Source: an uncultured bacterium | GTDB lineage: Bacteria > Actinomycetota > Coriobacteriia > Coriobacteriales > Coriobacteriaceae | NCBI GenBank assembly: GCA_905215365.1 | Contig: CAJMPX010000002.1 | Location: 79,801-143,800 of the forward strand | Length of the DNA: 64,000 nucleotides | Direction: 5' to 3' | Shown here: positions 1 to 9,293 of the stretch, in pieces | How the letters are laid out: every line of letters starts with the position of its first letter | Position numbering within the stretch: the stretch's first letter is position 1 | The notes under the pieces: generated by a model | Told to the model about the DNA's origin: nothing | Database searches by the model: none | What the model saw: only the letters and a program-made list of their open reading frames with translations | Translations under genes and position numbers: made by a program

Positions 1-58
1 TTGCCTACGTTTTAGGTTAGATTTTCCTAAGGACAATTGGCTTGTATTGGGGGTCCCT

Positions 59-730
59 ATGAACGAAGCAGTTCCCGAGGCACCGTCGAGTGTCGAATCG
101 ATGGCAAAGCAAGGTTGCGAAAAGCTCGGTCTGGAAGCGTTTGATGCGTTGGTCCGTCGTGCCCGTACGTGCCGCCGTTTTGACGAGTCTATGCGCGTGC
201 CGCGCGAGTTTTTGCTTGAGCTGGCGGAGCTGGCGCACCTGGCTCCCTGCGGCGCCAATGCTCAGCGTCTGCGCTTTCACGTGGTGAGCGGTGCAGAGGA
301 CTGCGCGCGTGTATTTGACGAGCTTGCATGGGCCGGTGTGCTCAAGGATTGGCCGGGTCCTGCCGAGGGCGAGCGCCCGACCGGCTACATCGCGATTCTG
401 GCTGAGCGCGCCGTTCCGGGCAAGCCTGCCGCTCCCATTACCGAGGTCGACACGGGCATTGCCGCGCAGACGATGATGCTCGCCGCTCGCAGCGCCACGC
501 CCGAGGTGGCAGCCTGCATGTTCAAGGCCTTTACGCCCCACGCGATCGATGCTATGGGGCTCGATAACGACAAGTATGAGCTCAAGCTGATCATGGCTTT
601 TGGCGTGCCGGCCGAGACGCAGATGATCGATGCGATCGATTCCAACCCCGACGGCTCAATTAATTACTGGCGTGACGATGCGCAGGTGCACCACGTACCC
701 AAGCGCCCGCTCGCCGACGTGCTGGTGTAG
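59..730 (+). CDS. Nitroreductase family protein
   Basis: RRARTCRRF, APCGANAQ and DTGIAAQTMMLAA nitroreductase motifs; start is ATG 59 or TTG 47. Confidence 0.85.
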   Translation: MNEAVPEAPSSVESMAKQGCEKLGLEAFDALVRRARTCRRFDESMRVPREFLLELAELAHLAPCGANAQRLRFHVVSGAEDCARVFDELAWAGVLKDWPGPAEGERPTGYIAILAERAVPGKPAAPITEVDTGIAAQTMMLAARSATPEVAACMFKAFTPHAIDAMGLDNDKYELKLIMAFGVPAETQMIDAIDSNPDGSINYWRDDAQVHHVPKRPLADVLV

Positions 731-760
731 CTGAGCGTCACCGCGGCGTGATCAGACGGT

Positions 761-797
761 AAACCACCACAAAGGTGCCTGTCCCCTTTGTGGTGGT
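761..797 (+). repeat. REP-like palindrome, family 1 (AAACCACCACAAAGGTGCCTGTCCCCTTTGTGGTGGT)
   Basis: Intergenic hairpin; near-identical copies at 33070, 34026, 35606 and 36013. Confidence 0.85.
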
Positions 798-812
798 ACG
801 AGGGGAGAGCGT

Positions 813-1355
813 GTGGCAGATCTGTATTTGGTGCGGCATGGGCAGACTGAGCTCAATGTGCAGAGCATTTTGCAGGGCTGGCACGATTCGCCGCTTACGG
901 CGCGCGGGCGCGAGCAGGCGCTGACGGCGCGTACGGCGTTTGCGGCGCGTGGCGTGGCCTTTGATCATGTGTATTCCTCGCCGTTGGGCCGGGCGCGGCA
1001 TACGGCCGAGCTTATCGTTGGCGAGGGCCGTTCCATTGAGCTGGTCGATGACCTGCGTGAGTGGCATTTTGGCTCGCTGGAGGGCACATCAAATCGCGAG
1101 ATGCCGCCGCAGCCCTGGGGCGATTATCCGGTGGCCTTTGGCGGCGAGTCGGAAGTGCAGCTTCAGTCGCGCATGGTCGCGGCGCTGTCCCGTATTATGG
1201 CCCGGCCGCAGCACGACTGCGTGCTGGCGGTTTCCCACGGCTCAGCCTGCCAGGAGTTTCTTGAGTATGTGACTGGCGGGGGAGAGCTACCCGACAACGG
1301 TGCCGTGCTTCATTTTGGCTATTGCGACGGGGCGTTTTCGCTCTTGGGTTGGTAA
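813..1355 (+). CDS. Histidine phosphatase (phosphoglycerate mutase-like) family protein
   Basis: LVRHGQT, SSPLGRA, LREWHFG and VSHG motifs; GGGGAG RBS. Confidence 0.9.
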   Translation: MADLYLVRHGQTELNVQSILQGWHDSPLTARGREQALTARTAFAARGVAFDHVYSSPLGRARHTAELIVGEGRSIELVDDLREWHFGSLEGTSNREMPPQPWGDYPVAFGGESEVQLQSRMVAALSRIMARPQHDCVLAVSHGSACQEFLEYVTGGGELPDNGAVLHFGYCDGAFSLLGW

Positions 1356-1372
1356 CGAACGAAAGGACCCCT

Positions 1373-2008
1373 ATGAATAAAGATCTGTATCTGGTCCGTC
1401 ATGGACAGACGATATTCAACCTTAAGCGTATCATTCAGGGGTGGAGTGACTCGCCGCTTACGCAGTTGGGTTGCGACCAGGCGGCGCGCGCCGGCATGTT
1501 TTTACGTGCGCGCGGCATTGAGCCCGATCATGCCTACACCTCTACGCTTCATCGCACCGAGCAGACTATCGCCAACTTGTGGCCGGGCTTGGCGTACGAG
1601 CGCCTGGACGGCCTGCGTGAGTGGTTCTTTGGCGACTTTGAGGCCGAGCGCGTGATGCTTATGCCCGAGCGCCCGTGGCGCGACTTCTATCGGCAGTTTG
1701 GCGGCGAGGGCCAGATCCAGGTGCGCACGCGCATGGTGGCGACGCTGACCGATCTTATGCAGCGTCCGGACCATACGTGCGTGCTCGCGGTAAGTCATGG
1801 CTCAGCTATCAAGGAGTTTTTGGACCACGTGCGGGGCGCGGCGGCCGACGAGCGCGAACGCGTGCCGGGCAACTGCTCAGTGCTGCATTTTGCGTTTGAC
1901 GATGCGGCCGATACGTTTGAACTGGTCGAAGTCTTTACGCAGGAAGACTACGCGCGCGAGCTGGGGCTAGAGCCGCTCGTGGCGGCGGCAGGTCCGCAGC
2001 GTGGATAA
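1373..2008 (+). CDS. Histidine phosphatase family protein (tandem paralogue)
   Basis: LVRHGQT ... VSHG; GAAAGGA RBS before ATG 1373. Confidence 0.9.
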   Translation: MNKDLYLVRHGQTIFNLKRIIQGWSDSPLTQLGCDQAARAGMFLRARGIEPDHAYTSTLHRTEQTIANLWPGLAYERLDGLREWFFGDFEAERVMLMPERPWRDFYRQFGGEGQIQVRTRMVATLTDLMQRPDHTCVLAVSHGSAIKEFLDHVRGAAADERERVPGNCSVLHFAFDDAADTFELVEVFTQEDYARELGLEPLVAAAGPQRG

Positions 2009-2137
2009 CGCTGACGTTGCGGCCCGGTTTACCGGCGTAATTGTTTGATGCGAAAAGGGCGGAGGTGCATGCGTTTGCTGCATCTCCGCCCCTTGTTTGT
2101 TTGGATGCTGGGTTTTCCAGCTTAGCGTTTGAGTTCG

Positions 2138-2827
2138 CTAGAACCGTGAGACCTGGTGAGTGAGCAGACCCGTCGGAACCTGCGGCGCGCTGCCGCTGAC
2201 CTGCGCGGCGGGGAACAGCACGGCTACAGCAAAGTTGAACGGCTCTTTGCCAGAGTAGGCGCCGGCAGCGCGGGCCTCGTCGGCCAGAATCTGCGATGCC
2301 CCAGCCAGTGCGGCGACATAGGCGGAGTCACCGGCGAACACCGGGTCGGGCGCCTGATCGAGCATGGCACGGATGGCGGCAACGGCGTCCTCGCGCTTGA
2401 CCTCCCACACGCGATGTGTGACGCCCGCGGGATCGGTGACGGCGTAGAGCGATGCGCCCTCTTTGGCAGCGCTCAAAATGATATCCATGACGGGCGACGC
2501 CTCGTAGGCGAGCGACACGGGGCGCGGCTGCACCTTGAGCTCGGCGATCGCGCGCGCGGTGGCGAGTGCGTCGATGCTCTCGGCGGCAGTCTCGTCGCCG
2601 CCCGTCAGCACGTTAACCGGGCAAATCGCCACGACGCCCGTCGCACGTCCCGGCTCGCCCGAGCATTCGTACACGTAATACGCCGCACCCGGGTCCTTGA
2701 GCATTAGGCCGTCAGCAATGGCGCCGCGCAGGGCGTCGTTGCCGCTCAGGATACCGCCCATCGCAGGCAGCGCCTCGAGCACACGGTCCTGAGCCGGGCG
2801 GATGCAGGGAAACGGAAGTGCTTTCAT
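2138..2827 (-). CDS. DUF1015-like protein (short form)
   Basis: MKALPFPCIRP N-terminus and DPxxAYYVYE, GVTHRVW segments resemble DUF1015, a family often found near serC/serA. Confidence 0.55.
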   Translation of the reverse strand: MKALPFPCIRPAQDRVLEALPAMGGILSGNDALRGAIADGLMLKDPGAAYYVYECSGEPGRATGVVAICPVNVLTGGDETAAESIDALATARAIAELKVQPRPVSLAYEASPVMDIILSAAKEGASLYAVTDPAGVTHRVWEVKREDAVAAIRAMLDQAPDPVFAGDSAYVAALAGASQILADEARAAGAYSGKEPFNFAVAVLFPAAQVSGSAPQVPTGLLTHQVSRF

Positions 2828-2866
2828 GGGCGGTCCTAACGCGCGAGTCGGTTTGTTCGCGGCTTA

Positions 2867-4087
2867 TTATGCCCCAACTTGGCCGCTTGCGTCCCAGAGC
2901 GTGTTATCGGCAAGCACGATGAGCACGTTTTGGCAGCGAACGATATCGGCATGGGGCACATACTCGTCGGGCTTGTGTGCGAGCGCCAACGAGCCGGGGC
3001 CGTAGCTCATACAATTGCGGTTGCCTGTCTTGCCGGCAATGACGGCGGTGTCGGTGTAGCCGGTAAAGAAGCCGACGGTCGTGTCCGCGTCCGTTACGTC
3101 ATCGGCGGCACGCTTGAGCGCTGCTAGAAGGGGAGAGTTCGGGTCGCGCTCGATGGCGGGGCGGTCGCCCGTCACGGTGTAGCTGCCATGGCAACCGGGA
3201 ACGGCGGCTTCGGCGACGGCGATGGCATGCTCGACCATATTGATTGCGGCGGCCGTATCGGTCGGCGGGGTCAGGCGCATGTCGACCCAGACTTTGGCGC
3301 GGTCGGGTACGACGTAGGGGCGATATCCGCCCTCGATTTGGCCAAACGTGATGGTCGAAGGCCCCAGCTCATCGTGCGCGGGCAGCGCCGCAAACGCGCG
3401 ACGAAGCGAACACACGACCTCGGCCATGGCGGCGACGGCATCCGCGCCCTTCCAAGGCTGGCTCGCATGCGCCGTCACGCCAGCCATTTCAATCTCGAAC
3501 CACGTACGCCCCTTGTGCGCCACCTGGATCTGTCCGTCGGTGGGCTCGGTGTCCAGCACCCATTCGCGCGAGCTGACCCAGCCAGCATCGATCGCGGCCT
3601 CTGAGCCGCGCATGAAGTCTTCCTCGTCGACCGAGCAGATGAGCGAAAAGCCGCGGCGTGGCAGCGCGCCATCCGCCGCCACGCGCTCGAGCGTATGGAC
3701 CAGTGCGGCAATGGCGCAGGCCAGGCCACCCTTCATATCGCAGGCACCGCGGCCATAGAGTTTATCGTCGCGCACAACCGCCCCAAGCGGTTCGATGTCT
3801 GCGTCCCAGCCATCGCCCAAGGTGACGGTATCCATGTGGCAGATATAGATCAGCCGCGGCTCGTCGCTTTGGCCCGGCACGGTGACTTTAAGGTTGCGGC
3901 GCCCGGGCAGCACTTCGAGCTCCTCAATCTGCACGGCATCGAGCGCAGAACTATCAAGTTGTGCCAGCTGCTGCTCAATGAGCCTCTTAATGAAGCGCTC
4001 AATTTCATCCTCATACGCGCCCGGGTCTGAGCTGTCGATCCGCACAAGCTCCTGCGCAAGCCGCCAGGCAAAATCCTCATCAACCAT
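2867..4087 (-). CDS. M20 family metallopeptidase (ArgE/DapE-like)
   Basis: HMDTV, LYGRGACDMKGG, DEE, TEPT and AHKPDE motifs. Confidence 0.9.
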   Translation of the reverse strand: MVDEDFAWRLAQELVRIDSSDPGAYEDEIERFIKRLIEQQLAQLDSSALDAVQIEELEVLPGRRNLKVTVPGQSDEPRLIYICHMDTVTLGDGWDADIEPLGAVVRDDKLYGRGACDMKGGLACAIAALVHTLERVAADGALPRRGFSLICSVDEEDFMRGSEAAIDAGWVSSREWVLDTEPTDGQIQVAHKGRTWFEIEMAGVTAHASQPWKGADAVAAMAEVVCSLRRAFAALPAHDELGPSTITFGQIEGGYRPYVVPDRAKVWVDMRLTPPTDTAAAINMVEHAIAVAEAAVPGCHGSYTVTGDRPAIERDPNSPLLAALKRAADDVTDADTTVGFFTGYTDTAVIAGKTGNRNCMSYGPGSLALAHKPDEYVPHADIVRCQNVLIVLADNTLWDASGQVGA

Positions 4088-4241
4088 ATGCAACCTCACA
4101 ATCAGTTTGCTTTCCAAACCGATTGTAAGCCTCCTGAGAGATCCGCGACGTGGGCGTGGCAGTATTTACCGTTCGCAGGCCGAGCCAGCGCGTTTGCCGT
4201 CCGGGCGGGTTCACAAGCGACGCAGCGGGTACGTACCCTTC

Positions 4242-5291
4242 ATGGACGACATGCTGTGCGACATATCTGCCTTTCGGTATCACCGGATACCTCCACAGGT
4301 CTTGGCAATAATGCCGGACCTGCCCGATTCTGCGGACGATCCGCGCAGGGAGCACCTATGTGAGCATCCGCTCGTCACGCATTTCCTGGGCACCCCGTTA
4401 CACGTGTTGGCGCAGGGCAGCTGCGGACGTAAGGGCGATCGCATTGTCAGGCATGTTTGGAACGGGGAGAGGCCGTTTGATTCCGTGCGGCAGACGGAGT
4501 TTGGCCTCGATGTTGCGTCCCCACTCTTTACCCTGCTGACCCTGGCTTCCTCGGTCTCAAACGAGCGTCTAATCATGTGCATGTATGAGATGTGCGGCAC
4601 CTTTGCCGTGTGCAAGATTGCGCCTCAGGTAAAGTCGGCACTTGAGCAGGCATACGGGGGCCGGTGGGGTGACGCACGGTCGGGCTGGGAAAACGTAAAG
4701 GATGTCTCGGGGAATCCAACGGACTTGTGGAAACGACCTCCCTTGATCGAGCTCTCTGAGCTTACAGAGTTCGTCGATAAGGTCCGGGGGCTCCGCGGCG
4801 CTAAATCGTTCATACGAGCCGCGAAATGCATTACGGGGGTGGCAGCATCGCCGCTCGAGGTCCAGGCTTCGATGCTGTTTGGCCTTACGAGGTTGCGCGG
4901 CGGCGAAGGGCTGAGCCTTACCAATAACGTTGAGATTCGTATGACGCGCAGCGCCCGCCTGATTTCGGGGCTTGATAGGCGCTATGCCGATATCCTGCTG
5001 GCAAATAAGGACGGCAGCCGAGAGTGTCTGGTTGAATGCCAGGGTAAAGCCATTCACGGATCCATTGAATCCAAGATTTCGGACTCCGATCGAACGACGG
5101 CGCTGCAAGCGATGGGATATCCCGTCATTCTGATGACCTATGGTCAGCTGGCCGACTCCGATGCCTTCCGCGTGGTGATGGAGCTCATCATGTCCTATCT
5201 CGATGTGCCGCTGAAAGACAAGACGCCGCGACAGCAGGAGCTCGAACGGCGGCTTCGTGAGGAGATTTTTATCGATTGGGCAGGAATGTAG
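4242..5291 (+). CDS. Hypothetical protein, AbiEi-like N-terminus with C-terminal PD-(D/E)xK/DUF559-like domain
   Basis: ASPLFTLL, ASPLE and YADILL...VECQGKAIH pattern typical of very-short-patch/DUF559-like nuclease fusions. Confidence 0.5.
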   Translation: MDDMLCDISAFRYHRIPPQVLAIMPDLPDSADDPRREHLCEHPLVTHFLGTPLHVLAQGSCGRKGDRIVRHVWNGERPFDSVRQTEFGLDVASPLFTLLTLASSVSNERLIMCMYEMCGTFAVCKIAPQVKSALEQAYGGRWGDARSGWENVKDVSGNPTDLWKRPPLIELSELTEFVDKVRGLRGAKSFIRAAKCITGVAASPLEVQASMLFGLTRLRGGEGLSLTNNVEIRMTRSARLISGLDRRYADILLANKDGSRECLVECQGKAIHGSIESKISDSDRTTALQAMGYPVILMTYGQLADSDAFRVVMELIMSYLDVPLKDKTPRQQELERRLREEIFIDWAGM

Positions 5292-5568
5292 CCGCGCGGG
5301 TGGAAAACGGTCGCGCGGACTAGAGTTTTGGTCACAAAAAGACTTATATTTCGCCTTGGAGGGGCCTTAAAAATGCTATCTAGAATAAGTTGTTTCGGAA
5401 AATGGACAGTCAACTTACATTCGGCACATAGAGATCGATTTTTACCTACTAAAGTCCCTGATAAAGCTGTTTATCAAAGCGGGTGTGCTTAGCGACTTGA
5501 GCCTCACTATCGATTATCTGAAAAAACTTGTTATGGGTATCATTTTAAAGTCGTCCGGAGCAACAAAA

Positions 5569-5599
5569 TCGGCCCCCGTTTCGTGAAAACGGGGGCCGA
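5569..5599 (-). terminator. Intrinsic terminator hairpin downstream of serA
   Basis: TCGGCCCCCGTTT / AAACGGGGGCCGA inverted repeat with adjacent A-run on the + strand. Confidence 0.7.
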
Positions 5600-5638
5600 A
5601 TGGGCTTCGTGGTCTGTCTGGCAGGATTGGCGCCGGCG

Positions 5639-6802
5639 CTATTTAATCACGCGCACACGATACATCGACGGAATATGCTTGAGTGCCTCGATCGTGCTGC
5701 CGTCCAGGTGCTCATCGGTGTCGAACATGGTGTAGGCGTTCTCGCCAGCGGACTCGTTGGTCATGCGCTGCACGTTGGCGTTGTCCTTGGCGAGAATGGC
5801 CGTGATCTGGCCGATCATGTTGGGCACGTTGGCATGCAGGCAGGCAATGCGGCTTGCGGCGCGCGCCTTGCCCATGCTGCAGGCGGGGTAGTTGACGCTG
5901 TGCGCGATGTTGCCGTTTTCCAGGTAATCCTTGAGCTCGCTGATGGCCATGTCGGCGCAGTTGGCCTCGGCCTCGCCGGTGCCGGCGCCCGAATGCGTGG
6001 TGATAAACGTGTTGGGCATCTTGACGGTCTTGGGCGTGGCAAAGTCGCAGCTAAACCAGCTGAGCTTGCCCTCGCGCAGGGCAGCGTCGACGGCGTCCTC
6101 GTCAATGATGGTTTCGCGCGCGTAGTTGATGAGCACGGCGTCGGGCGCCAGCAGGTCGATCTGCTCGGTGCTGATCATGCCGATGGTATCGGCCTTGCTG
6201 GGCACGTGCACGGTGAGGTAGTCGCAGCCGCGGCAGAGGTCCTCGAGCGTGCCCACGCGCTGCACCTCGCGACTCAGCACCCATGCGTGCTCGACGGAAA
6301 TGAACGGGTCGTAGCCGTAGACGTCCATGCCCAGATCGACACAGGCGTTGGCGACCTTGGAGCCCACGTTGCCCAGGCCGATGACGCCGATGCGCTTGCC
6401 CTTGAGCTCGCGGCCCACAAAGGCCTTCTTGGCCTTTTCGGCATCGACCTGAATCTCGGGGTCGTCGGCGTTGTCACGCACCCAGTTCATCGATTGCACC
6501 ACGCCGCGGCTCGAGAGCACCAACATGCCCAGGACGAGCTCCTTGACGGCGTTGCTGTTGGCGCCGGGGGAGTTAAAGACGACGACGCCCTTCTTGGCGT
6601 ACTCCTCGACGGGGATGTTGTTGACGCCGGCGCCGCAGCGGGCGATGGCGCGGATGCCCTCGGGCAGCTCGTAGCCGTGCAGGTCGGTGGAGCGCATCAG
6701 AATGGCGTCGGCCTCCTCGGCGGTGCCCACAAACTCGTAGCCCTCGCCAAATTCGACTTTGCCGTCCTTGGTAATGTCGTCGATGGTTTTAATCTTGCGC
6801 AT
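5639..6802 (-). CDS. serA: D-3-phosphoglycerate dehydrogenase with C-terminal ACT domain
   Basis: RCGAGVNNI, GVIGLGNVG, NYAR and ACT (HANVPNMIG) motifs; own AAGGAG RBS before ATG 6802. Confidence 0.9.
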   Translation of the reverse strand: MRKIKTIDDITKDGKVEFGEGYEFVGTAEEADAILMRSTDLHGYELPEGIRAIARCGAGVNNIPVEEYAKKGVVVFNSPGANSNAVKELVLGMLVLSSRGVVQSMNWVRDNADDPEIQVDAEKAKKAFVGRELKGKRIGVIGLGNVGSKVANACVDLGMDVYGYDPFISVEHAWVLSREVQRVGTLEDLCRGCDYLTVHVPSKADTIGMISTEQIDLLAPDAVLINYARETIIDEDAVDAALREGKLSWFSCDFATPKTVKMPNTFITTHSGAGTGEAEANCADMAISELKDYLENGNIAHSVNYPACSMGKARAASRIACLHANVPNMIGQITAILAKDNANVQRMTNESAGENAYTMFDTDEHLDGSTIEALKHIPSMYRVRVIK

Positions 6803-7996
6803 GAAAAACTCCTTAGCGGATTTGTTTATAACAAGTGGTTTGAAGTGGCTGGTCGGCCCGCGTGTTGCGGGCTTGTTAGATCGCGGGCTCAAACTATGCT
6901 GCGCTTCGAAGTCCTTCACGTACGTGGCCAGCGCCTGCACGTCCTCCATGGTGACGGCGTTGTACACGCTGGCGCGCATTCCGCCGACGAGGCGATGGCC
7001 CTTGACGTTTTGGATCTGGTGCTCTGCCGCGCCCGCAACAAAGGCCGCGTCGAGTTCGGCGTCGCCGGTACGGAACGTGACGTTGGCGATGGAGCGGCTG
7101 TTGGCCTGCGCGGTGCCATGGAACAGCTCGCTGTGCTCGAGCAGGTCGTAGAGCAGGTTGGCCTTGGCCCAGTTGCGCTCGGCCATGGCGGCAAGTCCGC
7201 CGGTCTGCTCAACCCAACGGAACACCTTGCCGCACACGTAGATGCCAAAGGTGTTGGGCGTGTTGAGCATGGAGCCCTTGGCGGCCTGGGTCTTAAGGTT
7301 CATGTACTGCGGCGTCTGCGCAAAGGCCGGGCCGTCGGCGATCAGGTCGTCGCGCACGATGACCACGGTCACGCCAGCGGCGCCGGCGTTTTTCTGAGCG
7401 CCGGCGTAGATGAGTCCGTAGCGCTCGACGTCGAGTGGCTGCGACAAAAAGCAGCTCGAAACATCGGCGACCAGCGGCACATCGCCGCAGTTAGGCAGCT
7501 CGCGGTACATGGTGCCAAAGATGGTGTTGTTCTGGCAGATGTAGACGTAGTCGAGCCCGTCGCCCGCAGCCTCGGCGGCAATACGCGCGTTGATGTCGGC
7601 CATGTCGGGGATGCGGTCGAAGTTGGTGTCTTCGGAGCTCGCGAGCAGCACGGCCTCGCCGTACTTGGCGGCCTCCTTGTACGCCTTGTTGGCAAAGTTG
7701 CCGGTCACGATGTAGCCGGCGCGCCCGCGGCGCATGAGGTTCATGGGGATGCCCGCAAACTGCAGCGTGGCGCCGCCCTGCAAAAACAGGACACGGTAAT
7801 TGTCGGGGATGCTCAGCAGGCGGCGTAGGGTTGCCTCGGCGTCGTCGATGATCTGCTGGTACATGCTAGATCGATGGCTCATCTCGAGCACGGACATGCC
7901 GCAACCGCGGTAGTCCATCATCTCGTCGGCGATCTCGGCGAGCACGCTTGTGGGCAGTGCGGCCGGGCCAGCTGAGAAGTTGTGCACACGTGCCAT
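5639..7996 (-). CDS. serC: Phosphoserine aminotransferase, reading in frame into serA (785-aa ORF)
   Basis: NFSAGPA, EMSHRS, YAGAQKN and GHRLVGGMRASVYNA motifs; no stop codon between the SerC and SerA domains. Confidence 0.85.
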   Translation of the reverse strand: MARVHNFSAGPAALPTSVLAEIADEMMDYRGCGMSVLEMSHRSSMYQQIIDDAEATLRRLLSIPDNYRVLFLQGGATLQFAGIPMNLMRRGRAGYIVTGNFANKAYKEAAKYGEAVLLASSEDTNFDRIPDMADINARIAAEAAGDGLDYVYICQNNTIFGTMYRELPNCGDVPLVADVSSCFLSQPLDVERYGLIYAGAQKNAGAAGVTVVIVRDDLIADGPAFAQTPQYMNLKTQAAKGSMLNTPNTFGIYVCGKVFRWVEQTGGLAAMAERNWAKANLLYDLLEHSELFHGTAQANSRSIANVTFRTGDAELDAAFVAGAAEHQIQNVKGHRLVGGMRASVYNAVTMEDVQALATYVKDFEAQHSLSPRSNKPATRGPTSHFKPLVINKSAKEFFMRKIKTIDDITKDGKVEFGEGYEFVGTAEEADAILMRSTDLHGYELPEGIRAIARCGAGVNNIPVEEYAKKGVVVFNSPGANSNAVKELVLGMLVLSSRGVVQSMNWVRDNADDPEIQVDAEKAKKAFVGRELKGKRIGVIGLGNVGSKVANACVDLGMDVYGYDPFISVEHAWVLSREVQRVGTLEDLCRGCDYLTVHVPSKADTIGMISTEQIDLLAPDAVLINYARETIIDEDAVDAALREGKLSWFSCDFATPKTVKMPNTFITTHSGAGTGEAEANCADMAISELKDYLENGNIAHSVNYPACSMGKARAASRIACLHANVPNMIGQITAILAKDNANVQRMTNESAGENAYTMFDTDEHLDGSTIEALKHIPSMYRVRVIK

Positions 7997-8127
7997 CTTC
8001 TAGTTCCCCCTCGTAGTCGTTTGAACGTTCGGGATACTTTAGCACAGTGGAGCGCCCGGCGCGACCGCATCACGGTAAAACTCGACTGCGCCGCTATGAT
8101 TTACAGGATGGTTACATGGGGGAGGGA

Positions 8128-8301
8128 TCATCTCGAGGCTCGCATCCGATCCGCCTCGGCCTTCGCCTGTTTCCAGGGGCGAATGCGACCGTTGGTGAGG
8201 TCGTCGTAGCCACGAGCGATGGCACGTTGAATGTGATCTTCGCGTTCCTGAATGGTAGTTAGTGCGCGCGTCTGATCAGAAATAGGCTTTACGACAGGCA
8301 T
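8128..8301 (-). CDS. Short Phd/YefM-like antitoxin remnant
   Basis: AAGGAG RBS; MPVVKPISD N-terminus and GYDDLTNGRI C-terminus resemble Phd/YefM antitoxins but the central part is missing; no toxin gene adjacent. Confidence 0.45.
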   Translation of the reverse strand: MPVVKPISDQTRALTTIQEREDHIQRAIARGYDDLTNGRIRPWKQAKAEADRMRASR

Positions 8302-8608
8302 ACGAAACTCCTTACATAGAAGCATATGTATAACTCTATGTTGAATATAGCGGAGGGTGATGTTGGGCGTGTACGTGCCTGCATTCGTAGGCGCGGTTGT
8401 CTGGCAAGTGTGATTTGGGGCGGCCTCGTTAAAGTTTCTAAGCTGCGAAAATGACCGTTAACCGTATTAAATTTTGTTGCTCAACATTTGACACTCTGGG
8501 CGTGGTAACTTTTTTACCAACAGGTATGATTATTGTCATGTGCGCCGCGCCTGCCTGCCGGGTTGCGGCGCACTTGTGACAGCCTTTGACACCCTTGGAG
8601 CGTGTACT

Positions 8609-9292
8609 GTGGATGTAACCACAAAAAGCGTTCGGGGGGGGGGTGCTCACCCGCGAGCAATTCCTCCCGCATGAGATGCGCATCGTCGCTGCCCTTCGTA
8701 TGCAGGCCGCAAGCGACGAGCAGGTCATTGTACGCGTAAAGAGCGAGAACCTCTTTCAATATCCCACGGAGCGCATGGTCGCCAACCGCGCAACCGTGTG
8801 CCTTCGCCGCCTCGACGCCATGGTGCCCACGGACGCCGTATGCGCCGCGCGCGGCATCGACCCCAATACCGCCGTCGAGGCTGCATCATCCCTAACCAGC
8901 CTCATGGCATCCGGCGCCCCACGCAGGCGGACCAGGCCATCTTCTACAGCATGATCTGCCGCTACGACATCGTGCGCGAGCTCGTGCTCGTTGAGGTGGG
9001 GGAGCGCCTTCAAAACTTTGATTATGCCTTTACGGCGGTTGACCTCAACGCCTTTATGACACGCTTTACCACGGAGTATCCGGACGCGGCCCGCTGGACT
9101 GAGGCCACGGTCAAGCGCATTAAGGGCTCGCTCCGCCAGACGCTCCGCCATGCCGGCCTTATCGGCGAGGGCCAGGGCCCGGAGTCCGAGCGCCTGTCAC
9201 CACTCTTCCTCGATTCCGATGTCGAGCGAGCCTTGGTTCAGCTGGGCGAGCAGTCGCTTATCGCGGCTCTTACCGGCAGGGCGGTGATGTAG
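8609..9292 (+). pseudogene. brxA: BREX protein BrxA (DUF1819), frameshifted as written
   Basis: LTREQF..EMRIVA N-half (8643-8920) and ...VDLNAF...WTEATVKRIK...LRHAGLI C-half lie in different frames, joined at C4 8917-8920; GGAG RBS plus GTG 8609 is out of frame because of G10 at 8634-8643; first gene of the BREX operon. Confidence 0.75.
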
Positions 9293-9293
9293 C

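Noticed and set aside
813..2008. Tandem histidine phosphatase paralogues as a novel system
   Set aside because: Ordinary local duplication of a common family.
5600..7828. 742-aa + strand ORF, and similar long antisense ORFs (e.g. 12096-13559, 19136-20722, 31473-33194, 49609-51492)
   Set aside because: Shadow frames of real GC-rich genes on the opposite strand; no recognisable motifs.
8503..8519. TGGTAA-N5-TTACCA palindrome upstream of brxA as a BrxR/WYL operator
   Set aside because: Short, and no brxR-type regulator is present in the window; cannot be distinguished from chance.
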